Assembly: GCF_033153115.1 (NCBI RefSeq)
Contig: NW_026889751.1
Location: 23,746,001-23,810,000, forward strand
Reading direction: 5' to 3'
DNA length: 64,000 nt
Origin: Saccostrea echinata
Lineage: Eukaryota
Notes under the pieces: generated by a model
Told to the model about the DNA's origin: nothing
Databases searched by the model: none
What the model saw: the letters and a program-made list of their open reading frames with translations, nothing else
Shown here: positions 1 to 13,504 of the stretch, piece by piece
How the letters are laid out: each line of letters opens with the position of its first letter
Position numbering within the stretch: the stretch's first letter is position 1
Translations under genes and position numbers: made by a program

Positions 1-384
1 ACGATGCCACCTAGTTTTTATTTACTTCTACAACTGTTGGCAAGATGGTAATTTAATTCACAATTAGTTTAATAAGCTCGAACTGAAGAGTTTACCGAAT
101 ACGAAGGTTCAAAAGCTGAAGTCAAATATTAATGTTTTTGTAGACAGAAACACGGGACAAAAATATTATGCTTTTGATTTTCGGCTTAAAACTTGTTCAT
201 GACTATATCTAAATAAATATTTGTGATGGAGACATTTTCCTTTATTATTAACATGCATTCTTCAGAGTAAAACTGGTTCACAACATCAAATGTTCAAAAG
301 AGTGAATCACTAGCCAACTTTGATTTATTTATCAAAATGATTGACACCCTCTAGGCAATACAGTGATTGTTGAACTATCTTTAC

Positions 385-3300
385 CTTAAACTTTCCCGGC
401 CAAAGTTCCCTTGCCAGCATACAGAAGGGTTCAGGATTTTCCTGAAAAAAAAAATGGCTCTCAGTTATTATAAATTTGAAATAGAGCTGTGTAGCATAAA
501 AAGGTCAATAAGGTGATTACAATAAAAAAAAAAACCAGTTAGGTTCGAAAACATACTAGATAATAAGAAATTATAAAGCTTACCTAAACAAAGGTTATTT
601 ATTGTAGCTTTTATAGTCTTTTACTTTATAGTGATTAAGCTCTGATTTGAACTCAGTTTTGTTCATTCATATTTCAATCAAAGTCCAAATTTCTCTTCAT
701 ATATTTTTTTTAAATTTTATTCTGCAGTGGAGACTAGTGAAACTAAAACAGCAACATCATAGAAAAAATACTTGATATAAACATATCTGTTAATCTATAT
801 GTAGCAAATTACATGCATGATATAATAAAATTACAAGACGTATAAGTGACTCCTATGAATTAAACAATCACTGGCAAACGTTTTCATACCGGGTCATTAC
901 AATTACACTATATGATAATCATGCACAGTAACTTGAATTGTTTACACTCAGATGTTATATTGTTTTTCGTGAGGAATATTTACTTCTGTGCCTTAAACAT
1001 ATTCTTAAATTAAGCCAATTTTACAAGATTGTCTTCCAATGGAAATGAAAATCTTATCAATAGTTGGAGGAATCAATTTTTATGATGAAATATGGAGATA
1101 ACGAACAGCATTAAAGCTCAAAGCCCATTAAGACAATAAAAATCGCGAACAGAGCAAACACGGACCTCCAAAAACATCAGAGGTGGGATCAGGTGCCATG
1201 GAGAAGTGAACTTATTTTATACAGAGACTATACAAACATTATGTCTCAAAAATAAAGGCAATAGTAATTCCAAAGGAAATAAAAGTAAAATAATAACATT
1301 CGAGAATAAAACTTCCCCATTGTTTTCTTTATAGACTGGAACCAAATTCCCATGACTCTAGTAATACAACAAGATAAAGGTCATCACCTTGAAGTACTCC
1401 AGATAAAATATAGCCTGGGGACACGGCAGGTTGTATTTCTCTAAGTTATGGTAGAGTCCAGTTTCTGGGGATCGGAAGTCTGGTATACCAGCCGCTAAAA
1501 ATTATAAATAGTTCTGTTATACTTTTAAGCTTTAGTTAATTAAAGATTGAAACTTAAGCAAAATGACTTCCATGCTTGAGGGGGAAATATAGAAAATTAT
1601 ACAGAAGACGAATTAAATCTGTCATCTCAATTTACAAAATAGTTATGATATGGATGCAACGGCGTACAAAAAAAGTTACTTTCACATTTTAATTTCAACA
1701 AATATTTCTAAAAACTTCACCAACCTCTCTATTTACAATTTAACTTTTATTTTAGAAGAACATATGCACAAATATATAATTGTTACTCCTTACATATAGA
1801 GGTCTCAGCTCCGACCATTGTTATATTAATGTTTTTTTTTAATCCTTGATGAACATTTTAATCTTAACAAACATTAAAGCTTCACCATTCATTCTATTTA
1901 CATTGTACAATTTTTTAATTGTAATTTTATTTTAGATAATGTGCACATTTAAATTGCTGTTAATTCTTACATGTCGAGATTCCAGCCCCTGCCATTGTTA
2001 CGATATTACTGGCTTTTTTGTCTTTGATAAACTGAACAATTCCTTCTAGGTCCACAGAGGATAACACTTGCTCAGGTGGCTCCTTCGTCTTCATGTACTT
2101 CATCAAATCCTCTAAGCCCATATCAGCTAAAACAAATTACAACTGACTGATGCATGTGCATGTATGCAGCCTAAAAATCGTTATAAGTTCTATAGTTTTA
2201 GGGACAAGCAATGAATAAGCTAAGAGATATACAAAGGATGAGAAAGTTTGATGGACAGAAAGTACATACAGTGTACGTCGATAGACGCACAGAGGATTGA
2301 AAAAATTGATGCACAGGCAAGAGACAAGCCAATACACTGTAGACTAACAGATAGAAACAAGTCCATACCCTGTAGATGGACAGATAGAGACAAGTCAATA
2401 CACTGTAGACTGACAGATAGAAACAAGTCCATACCCTGTAGACGGACAGATAGAGACAAGTCAATACACTGTAGACTGACAGATAGAAACAAGTCCATAC
2501 CCTGTAGACGGACAGATAGAGGCAATTCAATACACTGCAGACTGACAGATAGAGACAAGTCCATACACTGTAGACTGACAGATAGAGACAAGCCAATACA
2601 CTGTAGACTAACAGATAGAAACAAGTCCATACCCTGTAGACGGACAGATAGAGACAAGTCAATACACTGTAGACTGACAGATAGAGACAAGCCAAAACAC
2701 TGTAGACTGACAGATAGAGACAAGTCCATACACTGTAGACTGACAGATAGAGACAAGCCAATACACTGCAGACTGACAGATAGAGGACTATAACGTTTGA
2801 AAGACAGACTATAGACAAACAAGTAAATAGACAGTTTGTTAGTTAGTTTGTTTGTTATTTAACGTCCCTCTCGAGAATATTTCACTCATTTGGAGACGCC
2901 ACCGCTTGCCGGTGGAGGGCTGCAAATTTATACCTTTATTCGGCACTCAGGGCCATTGAGCAATGAGGGATCTTTTTCGTGCCAACACCTACTGCGACAC
3001 GGGACCTTGGTTTATACGGTCTCATCCGAAGGACCGGTCTTTACATGTACGTCCCTCAGTGGATTCGAAAACGCGACCTAAGGTCCTTACTCCGCGACTC
3101 TAGAGCAAACGCTCTAACCACTGCGCCACGCGGGCGACGACCGTTTGCTAGGCAAGAAATTGTGTAAATACAAACCAATTATAGATAGAGATCGATATGG
3201 AGAACAAGAAAGTCTGATGGAAAGACGATGGACAACAAGCAAAAAGATGTATAGATAGAGCACAGACAGTTTGATGGACAAACAGTTGACAAGCCAATAG

Positions 3301-3941
3301 ACAGACAGATGGAGAAACGACAACTTAATTAACTGGCAAAAGAAAAGTCAAATAATAGTAAGTACAGGATCTTTGCTTTGAATAACACTTTTACGAATAT
3401 TTGAAGACTTAGATGTTGAATTAACAATCATTTCATTCAATGGTGTCTTGTTAAAACTCACCTGGGTGCACCCTTTCCTTCTGTTTATCCTAAAAAAATA
3501 AAGAGGTATATAACAAAATTTATTCATCTAACAAATATTTAATAAAAATTGATGTATTTATATATTTCAATCCAAATAACTGTTATTTAGTCAAAGTACT
3601 AAACATCAATCACTATACCTGCTCTTTTGTTTCATCTGGACTTTTCTCATCTGTTGACCAAAAAAATGTCTAAATAATTATACAGTTCTATATCTCTATA
3701 CTGGATTCTTTGAGAAAAAAGAAAATCCCATGTTATCTAATGTTACATTGCATGGTAAAAAAATTTATAAACTAAGCTGTGTTTTTATCTTAAATTGTCT
3801 ATGATAATTTTTTTTTATTCACAGAAAATTAACTTCTTATATTACATATAACCTCTCTTTCTATTCATTGTAATGAGTTTTATAGTACCTCTTCACAGTC
3901 ACCCTAAGAGAGGGTAATCGATACAAACCTTTTTCTGCCAT
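385..3941 (-). CDS. SIRT2: NAD-dependent deacetylase sirtuin-2-like, 5' part (gene continues beyond window start)
   Basis: GT-AG exons 3929-3941, 3619-3650, 3462-3489, 1971-2126, 1388-1494, 385-441 splice in frame to [131 protein letters not shown]. Contains the class I sirtuin motif [15 protein letters not shown] and SIRT2-like GLYxNLxKYxLP..[12 protein letters not shown]. The three short N-terminal exons are less certain than the core. Confidence 0.92.
1083..1210 (-). mobile_element. 3'-end fragment of Penelope-like retroelement family
   Basis: Reverse complement matches 33400-33515 (ggcacctgatcccacctctg ... gttcgttatct). Confidence 0.7.
2320..2787. repeat. 33-bp minisatellite, ~14 copies, in SIRT2 intron
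   Basis: Unit gacaagtcaatacactgtagactgacagataga; explains the periodic 11-aa ORFs on both strands. Confidence 0.95.
2843..3138 (-). mobile_element. tRNA-derived SINE (head type A)
   Basis: Minus-strand A-box-like tggcgcagtgg and B-box-like ttcgaatcc; core shared with copies at 13170, 13725, 24700, 54278; simple-repeat tail; degenerate 13-bp TSD gacagtttgttag/gaccgtttgctag. Confidence 0.9.
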
Positions 3942-4308
3942 GTTTCTCCAAAATCTACAATTAGATGCAGATTTGTATGAGATAAGTGATTGGGTTTTTT
4001 TTTCAAATTAATTTCTAATAATGGTTAAAATTAAGCTTTTTTGCCTCTGGTCCTTCTATTCCTATCCGATAGATTTACTAATTTGAATATTAGCCACGCT
4101 TTCTTTTGTAAAGAAAACCAATAAAGATAGCAAAGAAAATGCACAAAGCTCACGTGAGAAGTGGTGTGTAGGTTGGCAATACTTATACCTTCAAAATGAT
4201 CAGCTCTTTCTCTAAAGTGTAACTCTCTGTTCAGCGGGTAGTATGGTGTGTGTTTAAATAGAAACTATTGCAGTATGTAAGTTTGTATAGCTGCATAGTG
4301 AGTTTTGA

Positions 4309-4755
4309 TAACAAGAGGCCCATACGCCAAAAAGCTCTAACAAATCATCCTTTTTGCAATTCTTCAAAAGAGTTTAAAGATTTTTCTTTAAATTTGTTCT
4401 TCTTTATTCCTATGGAAAAAACATTGACCCCATGACCTTCCTGTACAATATGAAGAAGTTTTTTCCTGTATGCATGCATTTCATTATTAAATCTTTATCC
4501 CCGAGCTCCTCTTAATAAAGAATATGTCAAAGAAGTTTAACCAGAAGACCTTTTTTTTTAAAATCCAACCAATTCACTGGTTTCTTATTATTTCCCCTTG
4601 AAAGAGAATGTGTCCCTTATTTGAATTCATCTGAACTCACTTCCCCCAAGAACGCTTTGTGGCAAGTTTGGTTGAAATTAACCAGGTAGTTCTAGAGATG
4701 TGACAAGTTTATAAATCTAGAATAATGAGTGATCAGAAAAGTTCACTTGAGCTTA
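4309..4755 (-). mobile_element. Helentron-associated non-autonomous element (HINE/DINE-like), degraded
   Basis: Ends (aacaagaggcccat..., tgatcagaaaagttcacttgagct) are reverse complements of the ends of the element at 36210-38752. Confidence 0.7.
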
Positions 4756-5049
4756 TAAATCAGACGAATTAAAAATGAATGCAACCACCAAACCAATTTG
4801 AAGAACAATGCAATATTGAATAAAATAAAATAATTTGCAATAAAAGAAACGAATTTGATAGAAACAAATTTTACGATAATTTCAAAGGTCTCAGTAAACT
4901 CGAAAAAAAACCCCACAGAGTTTACCATACTTGTTTCATATTTGGACGTTTTACTCACTATATAGACGTTATTGGCCAACTAACACATACAATATGATCG
5001 ACGGATGATTTAGCTTTTCCATCGTAAGCTTCCCTTTATAATTCATTTA

Positions 5050-5608
5050 GGGCCGGTACACACAATAAGATTTGTAGTATAATACAAGTATTATAATACT
5101 TTTGTATTACAATTCTTTCTTGTACACACACTAATACATATCTTATAAGATTGTAAATAGACTTTAGGTATTTCTACGTGTTCCCCCTCCATATTTCGCT
5201 TGATAATAATTAGAAACAGTTTGATTGAACAATATGTTCCCAGAATTTTATTGAGAAAGATTACTAGAACCTGCATGTGCACCTGATATATTTCACAAAT
5301 CTTCTCCTCCTCATAAAATCACGAGTTTTCCGATATCTTTACAGCTTACGTCGGCCATCATTATTTAATATGTGCTATTTTTAGTAATGATAAAAATAGG
5401 ATGATCCCCAGTGTGAGTACATTTGATTGGTTGAAAGGAAAGGTAAGTTAAGACTTGTGTTAATAAATAGAGCATTGCTCTATCCTTAAAAAAGTTTTAT
5501 ATAAGATTCGAAAATCTTATGATACACTGTATTAAGGGTGTATACAAAATAAGATTTTGTATCATAATACAAATCTTATAATACAGCTCTTACCGTGTAT
5601 TCCGGCCT
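5050..5608. mobile_element. PIF/Harbinger-like MITE
   Basis: Imperfect TIRs gggccggtacacac / gtgtattccggcct, flanking TTA on both sides (5047-5049, 5609-5611), subterminal gtattataa-type repeats. Confidence 0.65.
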
Positions 5609-5634
5609 TTAGTAATATTTTTCAAGTTATCACC

Positions 5635-6490
5635 TACTTACGGTGTTTATGTCTCACGGTAGAGCATGCTCTGCGTACGATCAATTTTCAAACCGGGACA
5701 GGTTATTGACAAAGTAAGTTGACTTTTGCCCTAAAATTTTATTCAGATATATGCAATACTTTATAAAATACTCAAATACACACAACATTGGGTCTCGTCT
5801 ATTGCCGCACGGCAAGAATGTACCAAAGTCGTTATGACGTTTCTCTTCAACACTCATTTTGAATCTAATGATACATAAGATTTACTCAGAAAGGAATGAA
5901 TTTAGAAAAAGCATTTAGGCAAAGTTCAAATAATTTTAATGCTACAACTCAAAACAAGACGGTTTATAGCAAAATGGCAGTTAAGATTACTAAAATGGAG
6001 CATGAGAGAGGTTAAAAAGATATGCGGATGAACTGAAAATAAGTGCCGAAAAGTAACGTCTAAACGACGTCGGTAACAGTCTTGCTGTGTAGCGATAGAC
6101 AAAACATTGAGTTGTATTTTTATAATATTTAAAAATATATATTTTATATAATCGAATGAAATTTTAAGGCAAAAATCAGAATAGACAGGGGTGTCTGTTT
6201 GTCAGATTTTGTTGATAACATTTGATTATTAAAGATGTGACATCACTTTTGGATCAATCGATAAATATTGATATACCAATATTAAGGTCATTGTTTTAAT
6301 ACGAATTTGACTACGGACTACTCTATTTACCTGATCAATACAAAAGCTTACGGTAATGGGGGGACTTACTCCTCTTAGGCCCCCCTTATCCCACCTCTTG
6401 TGTTTCGGGGGTCCGAAATTTTTGTCCTATTCACAATTAGATTATTTAAAGGATTTATAAGATCAATCAAGTTATCTTCACCTTTTCCAA
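5635..6490 (+). mobile_element. Penelope-like retroelement 3' remnant interrupted by a MITE
   Basis: 5640-5722 resembles 33110-33200 (RT C-terminal region) and 6340-6480 resembles the 3' end at 33380-33515. Confidence 0.6.
5724..6174. mobile_element. MITE with long imperfect inverted repeats
   Basis: ttttgccctaaaattttattc ... gaatgaaattttaaggcaaaa, plus inner inverted match gtctattgccgcacggcaaga / tcttgctgtgtagcgatagac. Confidence 0.65.
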
Positions 6491-7357
6491 ATAAGTCGCC
6501 AACATAAACAACCCAAAGACATTTAAAAATGACGAATACTTATCAGATTATGTATTATCTATTGTGCTTTGGATAAAGAAACAGAAAGAGCCATGATTTT
6601 CTAACAGAGTAAGACATGTCCCTATTAGTTGAACATTTACTACACCTACCGAACTGTTCCACCCTTCACGGGTATTCTGAAACACACACGGGTACATGTA
6701 TGTCCAAGGAAAACCAACCTGCTTTCTTCATAATCTCACCTCAGTATATGAGTACTCGAACTCCTTCATGACTGGAAATGCATGGAGAGGGTGTAATGGG
6801 TTAGCAGTCTAAATCTGTCCAAGAGTGTTATATAAATAATTATTTAAATGTCCTGACTCATTAATACATGTATTGTGACTAATGTGGTAACTAGTGTGTA
6901 TGGGATTAAATTTGACATATCATTTCGACTCTATAAATGAGAAAATTGTAGTAGATGACCATGAGCCTTTAACTTCATTTTACTTTGCTCTCTTCACTTT
7001 CTTTTAAAGAACAGAAAAATTTTCCGGAAACCGATGTATGATCTTTATTAAAGTTTAAAATCTTAGGCAGTTTTCAATCAGTATTTATAAATCTGGGTGC
7101 TTTTGCCATTCATTAGAGCTGTATTGTCTTTTGCCAGTGTAAGCAAAACCAGTGTTTAATATATATACCGGTCAATAACGGCATTTGTTATTAAAATACT
7201 TTGTGTTTTTACTTTGTCAGTTTTAGCTGGAATTGACGGTACAAAAGAACATAGCAATCGCAAACATCAGGGAGAAATTCAATGATTATAAAACACTACA
7301 GATGTTTGTCAAAAATCGCCTACAAGGATTGATTCTCATGCTGATTTTGCAGTTTAA

Positions 7358-10300
7358 GTACAGGTCCACGTAAGAATCAGGCAAAATCAAATTTTCGTGA
7401 TAAGTCAGTGTTTGAGAATTGACTTGAAACTTCACATGGTTATGCATCAGGACATATATATTACATATGTTCAATGATTTGGAAATATTCAGGCTTGTTC
7501 TAATTTAATAGGCAATATATTGAGAAAATATTATAAACATGAGTAGTACAAATCTATACAATGGTATGGATATTGAAACCTTAAAAAATTAAAACAGCAA
7601 ACGTTATAAGAGAAAGTGATAATGAACAACGAAACAGCTATTTAAAAATTATAATTTTAAATTTAAAAAAGTTTGGAAAATTGCGAGTCTAGCGTTTACT
7701 ACCCCGATAATTACTTCCAATATTAGTGAATTTCAGTTATCGTTCTTGATTTATGACTTAATTTGTCGCTTGAGGGCGCTCCGTTGTAAAGTACGCTGAT
7801 GCCGAAAAAACAGAATTAAATTGATTAAACATCGAATTTGGCATTTTATTTTAGTTTAATTAATCTACTGAAAATTAAGGAATGTCTAACTTCAAACCAA
7901 ACATCTTTTTCCTTGAAATCTAGCGATACAGTGGGTGTCAAATTTGATCGGGTTCAGGTTGCTCGAAACTTGTCTGTTGTCATATGCGGATTTGGGAAGG
8001 ATTATTATAGTTTTACAATTTGACTGCGTTATCAAAGATGCACAAGAGTTTATAACATACTTCAGAGAAAATTGGTCTTCGCGTTACACAACGCACTTTA
8101 AACAATCGTTGCAAAACAGCAGTTTTATTGAAACTCTCAATCATAAAGTCATGTTGGCGAGGAAATGCGGACTTTTCGAGTTATGCGACACTCGATTTGA
8201 GAACAACAAGTACAACATAGCGTATGTAACACTTGATTGTGGTTATTTCAAGACACAATTATATATCTAACTTTTATGGATTTATTTCCCGAAATTCTGC
8301 TGAAATATGGAAATTATCTTCTCACCAAAAAAGGAGTTCATGTGATGCAACATGCAACATGTGCAAGTAAGTAGTTTTTTAAGCTAACAGTGAGGAAAAC
8401 CCTTTTGATGTCAACCAAAAATAATAAGCAAGCTTTTTTTCCATTAAGATTTAAGTGCCTTAATTTTTGGTCTTTTTCAAAATTATTTCAAAGTTGGGTG
8501 TAATTTTTTTTCTTCTTGGAAATCCTTCCTATGAATTAGGAGAACCCCATTTTATAAAATGGGTATAGATATTTATTTTATTTTAAACTACCAATTAAAA
8601 AAAATATCTTGCTTAAGACTTTAAAAATGTTTTTATAGATAAGTAATTAAATTGTTTCATAATATTAAATTTTATGCTTATTCAGAGTTTAAAATACTGG
8701 GTAATATGCCACTGCATCTAATTTTTCAGACAACTTCAAGTTGCAGAAGAGTTCTTTGGTCTTCTCAAAAACGAGGAAACAAACTTTACGAATGAAAGAA
8801 TTTTCTAAAATCACATCGAGCAGTGATTCTGGTGCCTTTTGTTGTGTTTAACCATCATAAAAGCTAGTGACAGTAGTGTAGGTAGAACTTTAGTCCTACA
8901 TTGCTCATTAACTTTTGTAAACAAAGGGAACATGGGGAATAGCATACCAGTTGAGATTTAGAGTGGCGAGTACTATATGAGAAAACAACGGAAACCATCC
9001 AAAAGTAGAAGCACCACAAGTCCATATATTAAATTGATCAAGTTCAGAATTTTGTGCATGTCTGCTTGAAAAGTACTGTAGTTTAAAAAGCATTTTTTTT
9101 AAATCATGGGATGGAATGATGATTTTTAAGAACTGATATTGTAACAACTTTTCTTCTACAAATTTTGATCTTTGTATAATGCACAATGTAATTTATAAAT
9201 CATGTAAATTGTTAACATTTAATAAACATGTAAACCTTTTTGCAAATTGGTCATTGTTGATTTCTTAAGAATAAACTTGGAAATTTTCATATTAAAACAT
9301 TTAGTTTAGTATGTTGAACAACATGACATATTTGTTAAATATGCAATTAAAAATATCATATTGCTACTCATATAATGGTACAGTAAATCAAATGTTGCAG
9401 CTGCATCATTTTCTGCAGTTGAACAAAATCCTTTACATTCCTTTCATATACATGTAGTATGATTTAGAAGGAGTCAAAGAACTTAATGATTTTATAATTT
9501 TATCTATAAAAGTTGAGAGTTTTAGGACATTGCTAGCAGAGACCAACATATTCTGACTTGTTTATACATAATAATTATATCTTCATTTAGCATAATGTAT
9601 TCTCTGTTGTTATATATAAGTTAGTATTTGACAAACAATAAAAGCTGAAAATCTAAATGAAAAAAAAAAATGCTTATATAAGAAGAATCACCCAAATAGA
9701 TAGTGATTGGTCATCATGTTTACTATATGAAAAAAGTAATACAAGAAAACTGGATGTGCCTGCTTAGTTTTAACAGCTGTTTAAAATAAAAACAGAAAAA
9801 AATCTGGAATCATCAAAGTTGGGTACTTAATATACAGAATTTCGATCCCGATCATAATTCTCCCCAAAACTATTTTAGAGAAATAAAATTACTTCTAGAG
9901 TAAACTTGGTACATTGAATAGAAAAATTCATAATAATGTGATAAATGTGATTAAGAAACAATTCAAAAAAAGTTAAATTTTACACACAATGCACTTAGAT
10001 TTAGGAAAAAAATCTTGTCAAACTTCAAGCAATTTATCAAAATTTCTCAATAGTTTTCCTTTTCATTAAAAACTGCTGATTGATTTTTCCACACTTTTTA
10101 AACTGGAAAACTAATAATGAGCAGTTGTTTTATTTTTCCATGTGTAATAAGCTACATAATGTGTTTGCTGTTTTTAATAATATTGTTTTAAATTCACAAT
10201 GTTTGTGACATCCAAAATGTCTCGACATATAATTACAATGGTTACTATGGATACGACCTAGATACCAACTCCATGACAACTAATACAAGAAGGATACAGA

Positions 10301-10571
10301 ATCCTCTCAAAATAAAATAGGGTTAGATAATTTATGAAAAACAACAACACTTGTTACTTCTGTACTTAACTTCCTCTTTTTTGGTTGACATTTTGGCCCA
10401 TAAATGCCCGAATCTATTTATAGTAACATATCACAGCCTGGATGTGCCTTTTTGGAAAAATCATGATTTATTTTAATTACTACTGTATCAAGTAATAATA
10501 TAAAAAAATATTGGCCGAATATGAAATATTCGACTTATCACCGATTGCCTGATTCTTACGTGGACCTGTAC
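7358..10571. mobile_element. 3.2-kb non-autonomous TIR DNA transposon in a TTAA site
   Basis: Perfect 27-bp TIR gtacaggtccacgtaagaatcaggcaa (7358-7384 / 10545-10571) with TTAA on both sides; no intact ORF. Confidence 0.85.
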
Positions 10572-10803
10572 TTAATTTTAATTTTATATCGGTCATTACT
10601 GTCCAAGTTAGATAACTATCTTGCAAAAGCCTTTACTAAATTTAAATTATATTAGAAAGTTTGACTAATAACAATAATTGATGAATTTTAAACTTCATCA
10701 GTAGGTATCATATTTTATTTGCAATATTACCTCAGTAACAAATGTTTAAGTTAATGTTTCACCATTAATTCTTTATTATGTAAAGGAGAAAGCTCAGAAA
10801 AAA

Positions 10804-10878
10804 GTCCATTCTGTGAGAGAAAGAACTGTTCGAGGCCCGTAGGGTCGAGAATAGTTTTTTCTCTCTCACAGAATGGAC
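10804..10878. repeat. Palindromic hairpin, possibly the core of a Crypton-like non-autonomous element
   Basis: 17-bp perfect arms gtccattctgtgagaga / tctctcacagaatggac around cgaggcccgtagggtcgag; the family call is inference. Confidence 0.55.
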
Positions 10879-13169
10879 AGTTTGAAGATTTTACTCTACT
10901 TAAACATTTTCTGTATAGATAAATTTAAACATGTCTATTTTAACCATACGTCTCTTTTTTTTAGTTTGAAAGTGTACTTGGTAATCATAAATGCAACAAA
11001 AATTTTACTTCCTCAATTCTCTATGATGCTGGGCTCGTGACGATTAGTTTACATGCCACAGTGAACAATTGCAATACGTTTTAGGAACTTATATATGTTT
11101 AGAAATACAAAGAAGATTCCGTAACTATCTTTTTTTTTTTACTTTTTACTTAACGCAATAACTTAGACTGTCCCAGAAAATTGATGAATAGTATAGGTTC
11201 ATGGATACAGCTAAATCGTATTTGTGGGCACCTGTGCTACACACACATATCCTGCTTGTTTTTGATTTGGTTTGTTTGCTTTTTTTGGTGAAATGTCTTT
11301 ACTCATTTGTGAAAAGATTCATCAATTATATTTCCTAACTACATGTTTTTTTCGAAAGGTTTATTCGTCATTTTATTTTAAATCCAAAGCTATTAAGGAT
11401 TAAAAATATACATTTCAAACGGCATTTTGCTTTTCAAAACCAAGACTTTTCTATAAAGGTGTCTGTCAAAATAACCTAATTTCCTCTATTTTAATGTTAA
11501 AGTAGAATAGTTCTTATATTTTTTCTGCTTTCAAAATAAAAGACAATAAATGTGAATTACGCTACTATGGCCGTATTTGTCATTAATATCATTATGTTTT
11601 GGAATGTCATTCATTATCAACTCTGACAAAAGATTTTTAAATGCATGGAAATGTTATTTGAGACCTGCTAAAATGAAATGATGTGACCTACTGACATATG
11701 CTAATATTGAAAAGGCTGTGTTATTTCATTACAATTATCATAATTAATGTTCTCTGTTCTCCATATGTTTACATAATGTACCTCTATATAACTCTATTCA
11801 CATAATATCAACCTTTGTCTATATTATGCTTTTCATCTTTGTTTTGTACCTCATGTGCAATTTATTCATTTATTTATATTTTGAATGTATAATCAATTGA
11901 ACTGAAAGTCACAGGGGAGATTCTTTTTATCACGTTTAAAAATAGCTATCACATGTTGCACTGTTTTATGAATATTCAGCATATGAACCACAGCAATAAA
12001 TTGTTTATTTTTTTGTAGAAAAACCTGTTTCTCATTTATATTTTGCTAACATATACAAAATTTCAATACATATTTTTGAAGACAGCAAACCAGAGACCTA
12101 AAACACACTACAGAGGTTTCTGTTAAAATCACATACATGTATTTTCCACGATTCAATGTTAAATATAAACAGGTAGGTATTTATTTTTTTCTATTCTTCA
12201 ACATGAAACATATGAAATGTGTAACTTTTCTCCGATTTGCAATTTACACATTTTTGTTTTGGAATCAATTACATGTATAAGCAATAATAAAGTAGATTTC
12301 AAAATGGTAATTATATAAGAAACCTAAACAATAATGAAATATATTTTGTCTTACTGACAACATCCACTGGTATTGTGAAAAGACTTTCTGGATTTTACAA
12401 TCTGCCCTGTTATTCATATGTATCTCCAAATAACTCTTCTCCCATACATGTATTTATTTTATGTATAGATGTTTTCGTGTCCCTACCATTAAATGACCCC
12501 CGCTAACAGTCTTACCCCTTTCCGTTCGTCATTCATGCCAATTGTCCAATTTTCTTGATTATTATTACTCTAAGACTTAAAAAAATTCTTATAATTCATT
12601 GTTTTCTGAATCTCTGTTTTCAATGCTTGTTGGTGCTTGAAGGTGATCGAAATTTATAGACATCTAATGTATATTGTTTGTTCCATTTCCACGCATTATT
12701 TTATTCACATCCATGGACTTTCACGAGTTTTACCTTTGGACGTGTCCAGCGCACATGGAGGTTTAAGGAAGCTCTAAACACTAAATAAACGAAAAATGCT
12801 TTTTGGACTTTGAAAAAAATATATCATATAAAGGTGCACATATTCAGTGTATCTAGTTCATTTTCAACATAGGGTACCTGCCTTATTTCTGCAGAAAAAA
12901 TGTTCAAAGACAATGGACGATTCATGAACAGAAATCACTGTTGTTTACTTGCATCGGGAAAATTAATGGAAATGATGTATTCAATTACTTAATCTTGACC
13001 TAACATAACATTAAGAATACTTTAATTCCCATTTATTCTATTTTTCTTCTAAGGGCGGATCACTCTAACTCAATAAAACTACCCTACAAATAGAACTCTT
13101 TAGTGTGCAGTGTTTAGAGCTACCTTAAAATGAAGTAAAGTCAAAACCACACACTGTGACACATAATTA

Positions 13170-13485
13170 TGTTTTTTGTTTTGTTTTTTTTTATCATTTA
13201 ACGTCCCTCTCGAGAATTTTCACTCATATGCATGGAGACGCCACCACTTGCCGGTGGAGAGCTGCAAATTTTGACCTATACTCGGCACTCAGGGCCATTG
13301 AGCAGTGCGGGAACTTTTTCGTGCCAGCACCTACTGCAACACGGGACCTCGGTTTATGAATACGGTCTCATCCCAAGGACCGGTCTCCACGTCCCCCAGT
13401 GGGATTCGAACCCGCGACGTAAGGATCAACTCCTTACTCCGCGACTCTTGAGTGAACGCTCTAACCACTGCGCCACTCGGGCGAC
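13170..13485 (-). mobile_element. tRNA-derived SINE (head type A)
   Basis: Near-identical to 2843-3138 and 24700-24958; B box ggttcgaatccc; 10-bp TSD cacataatta. Confidence 0.9.
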
Positions 13486-13504
13486 TCACATAATTAAGTA
13501 AAAA

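Noticed and set aside
2320-2787. CRISPR-like periodicity (also at 45557-45930)
   Set aside because: Head-to-tail units without unique spacers, eukaryotic intron context, no cas genes.
2198-2822. Three long ORFs (181-206 aa) on both strands
   Set aside because: Products of a stop-poor 33-bp minisatellite in a SIRT2 intron.
5283-5361. Apparent SIRT2 first exon (MMADVSCK..) needing a frameshift
   Set aside because: Lies inside a Harbinger-like MITE and has an in-frame stop; a clean ATG at 3941 explains the N-terminus.
12480-12780. Exon-like fragments (..ENWTIGMNDERKG, SLNLHVRWTRPK)
   Set aside because: No consistent frame linking them and no recognisable family.
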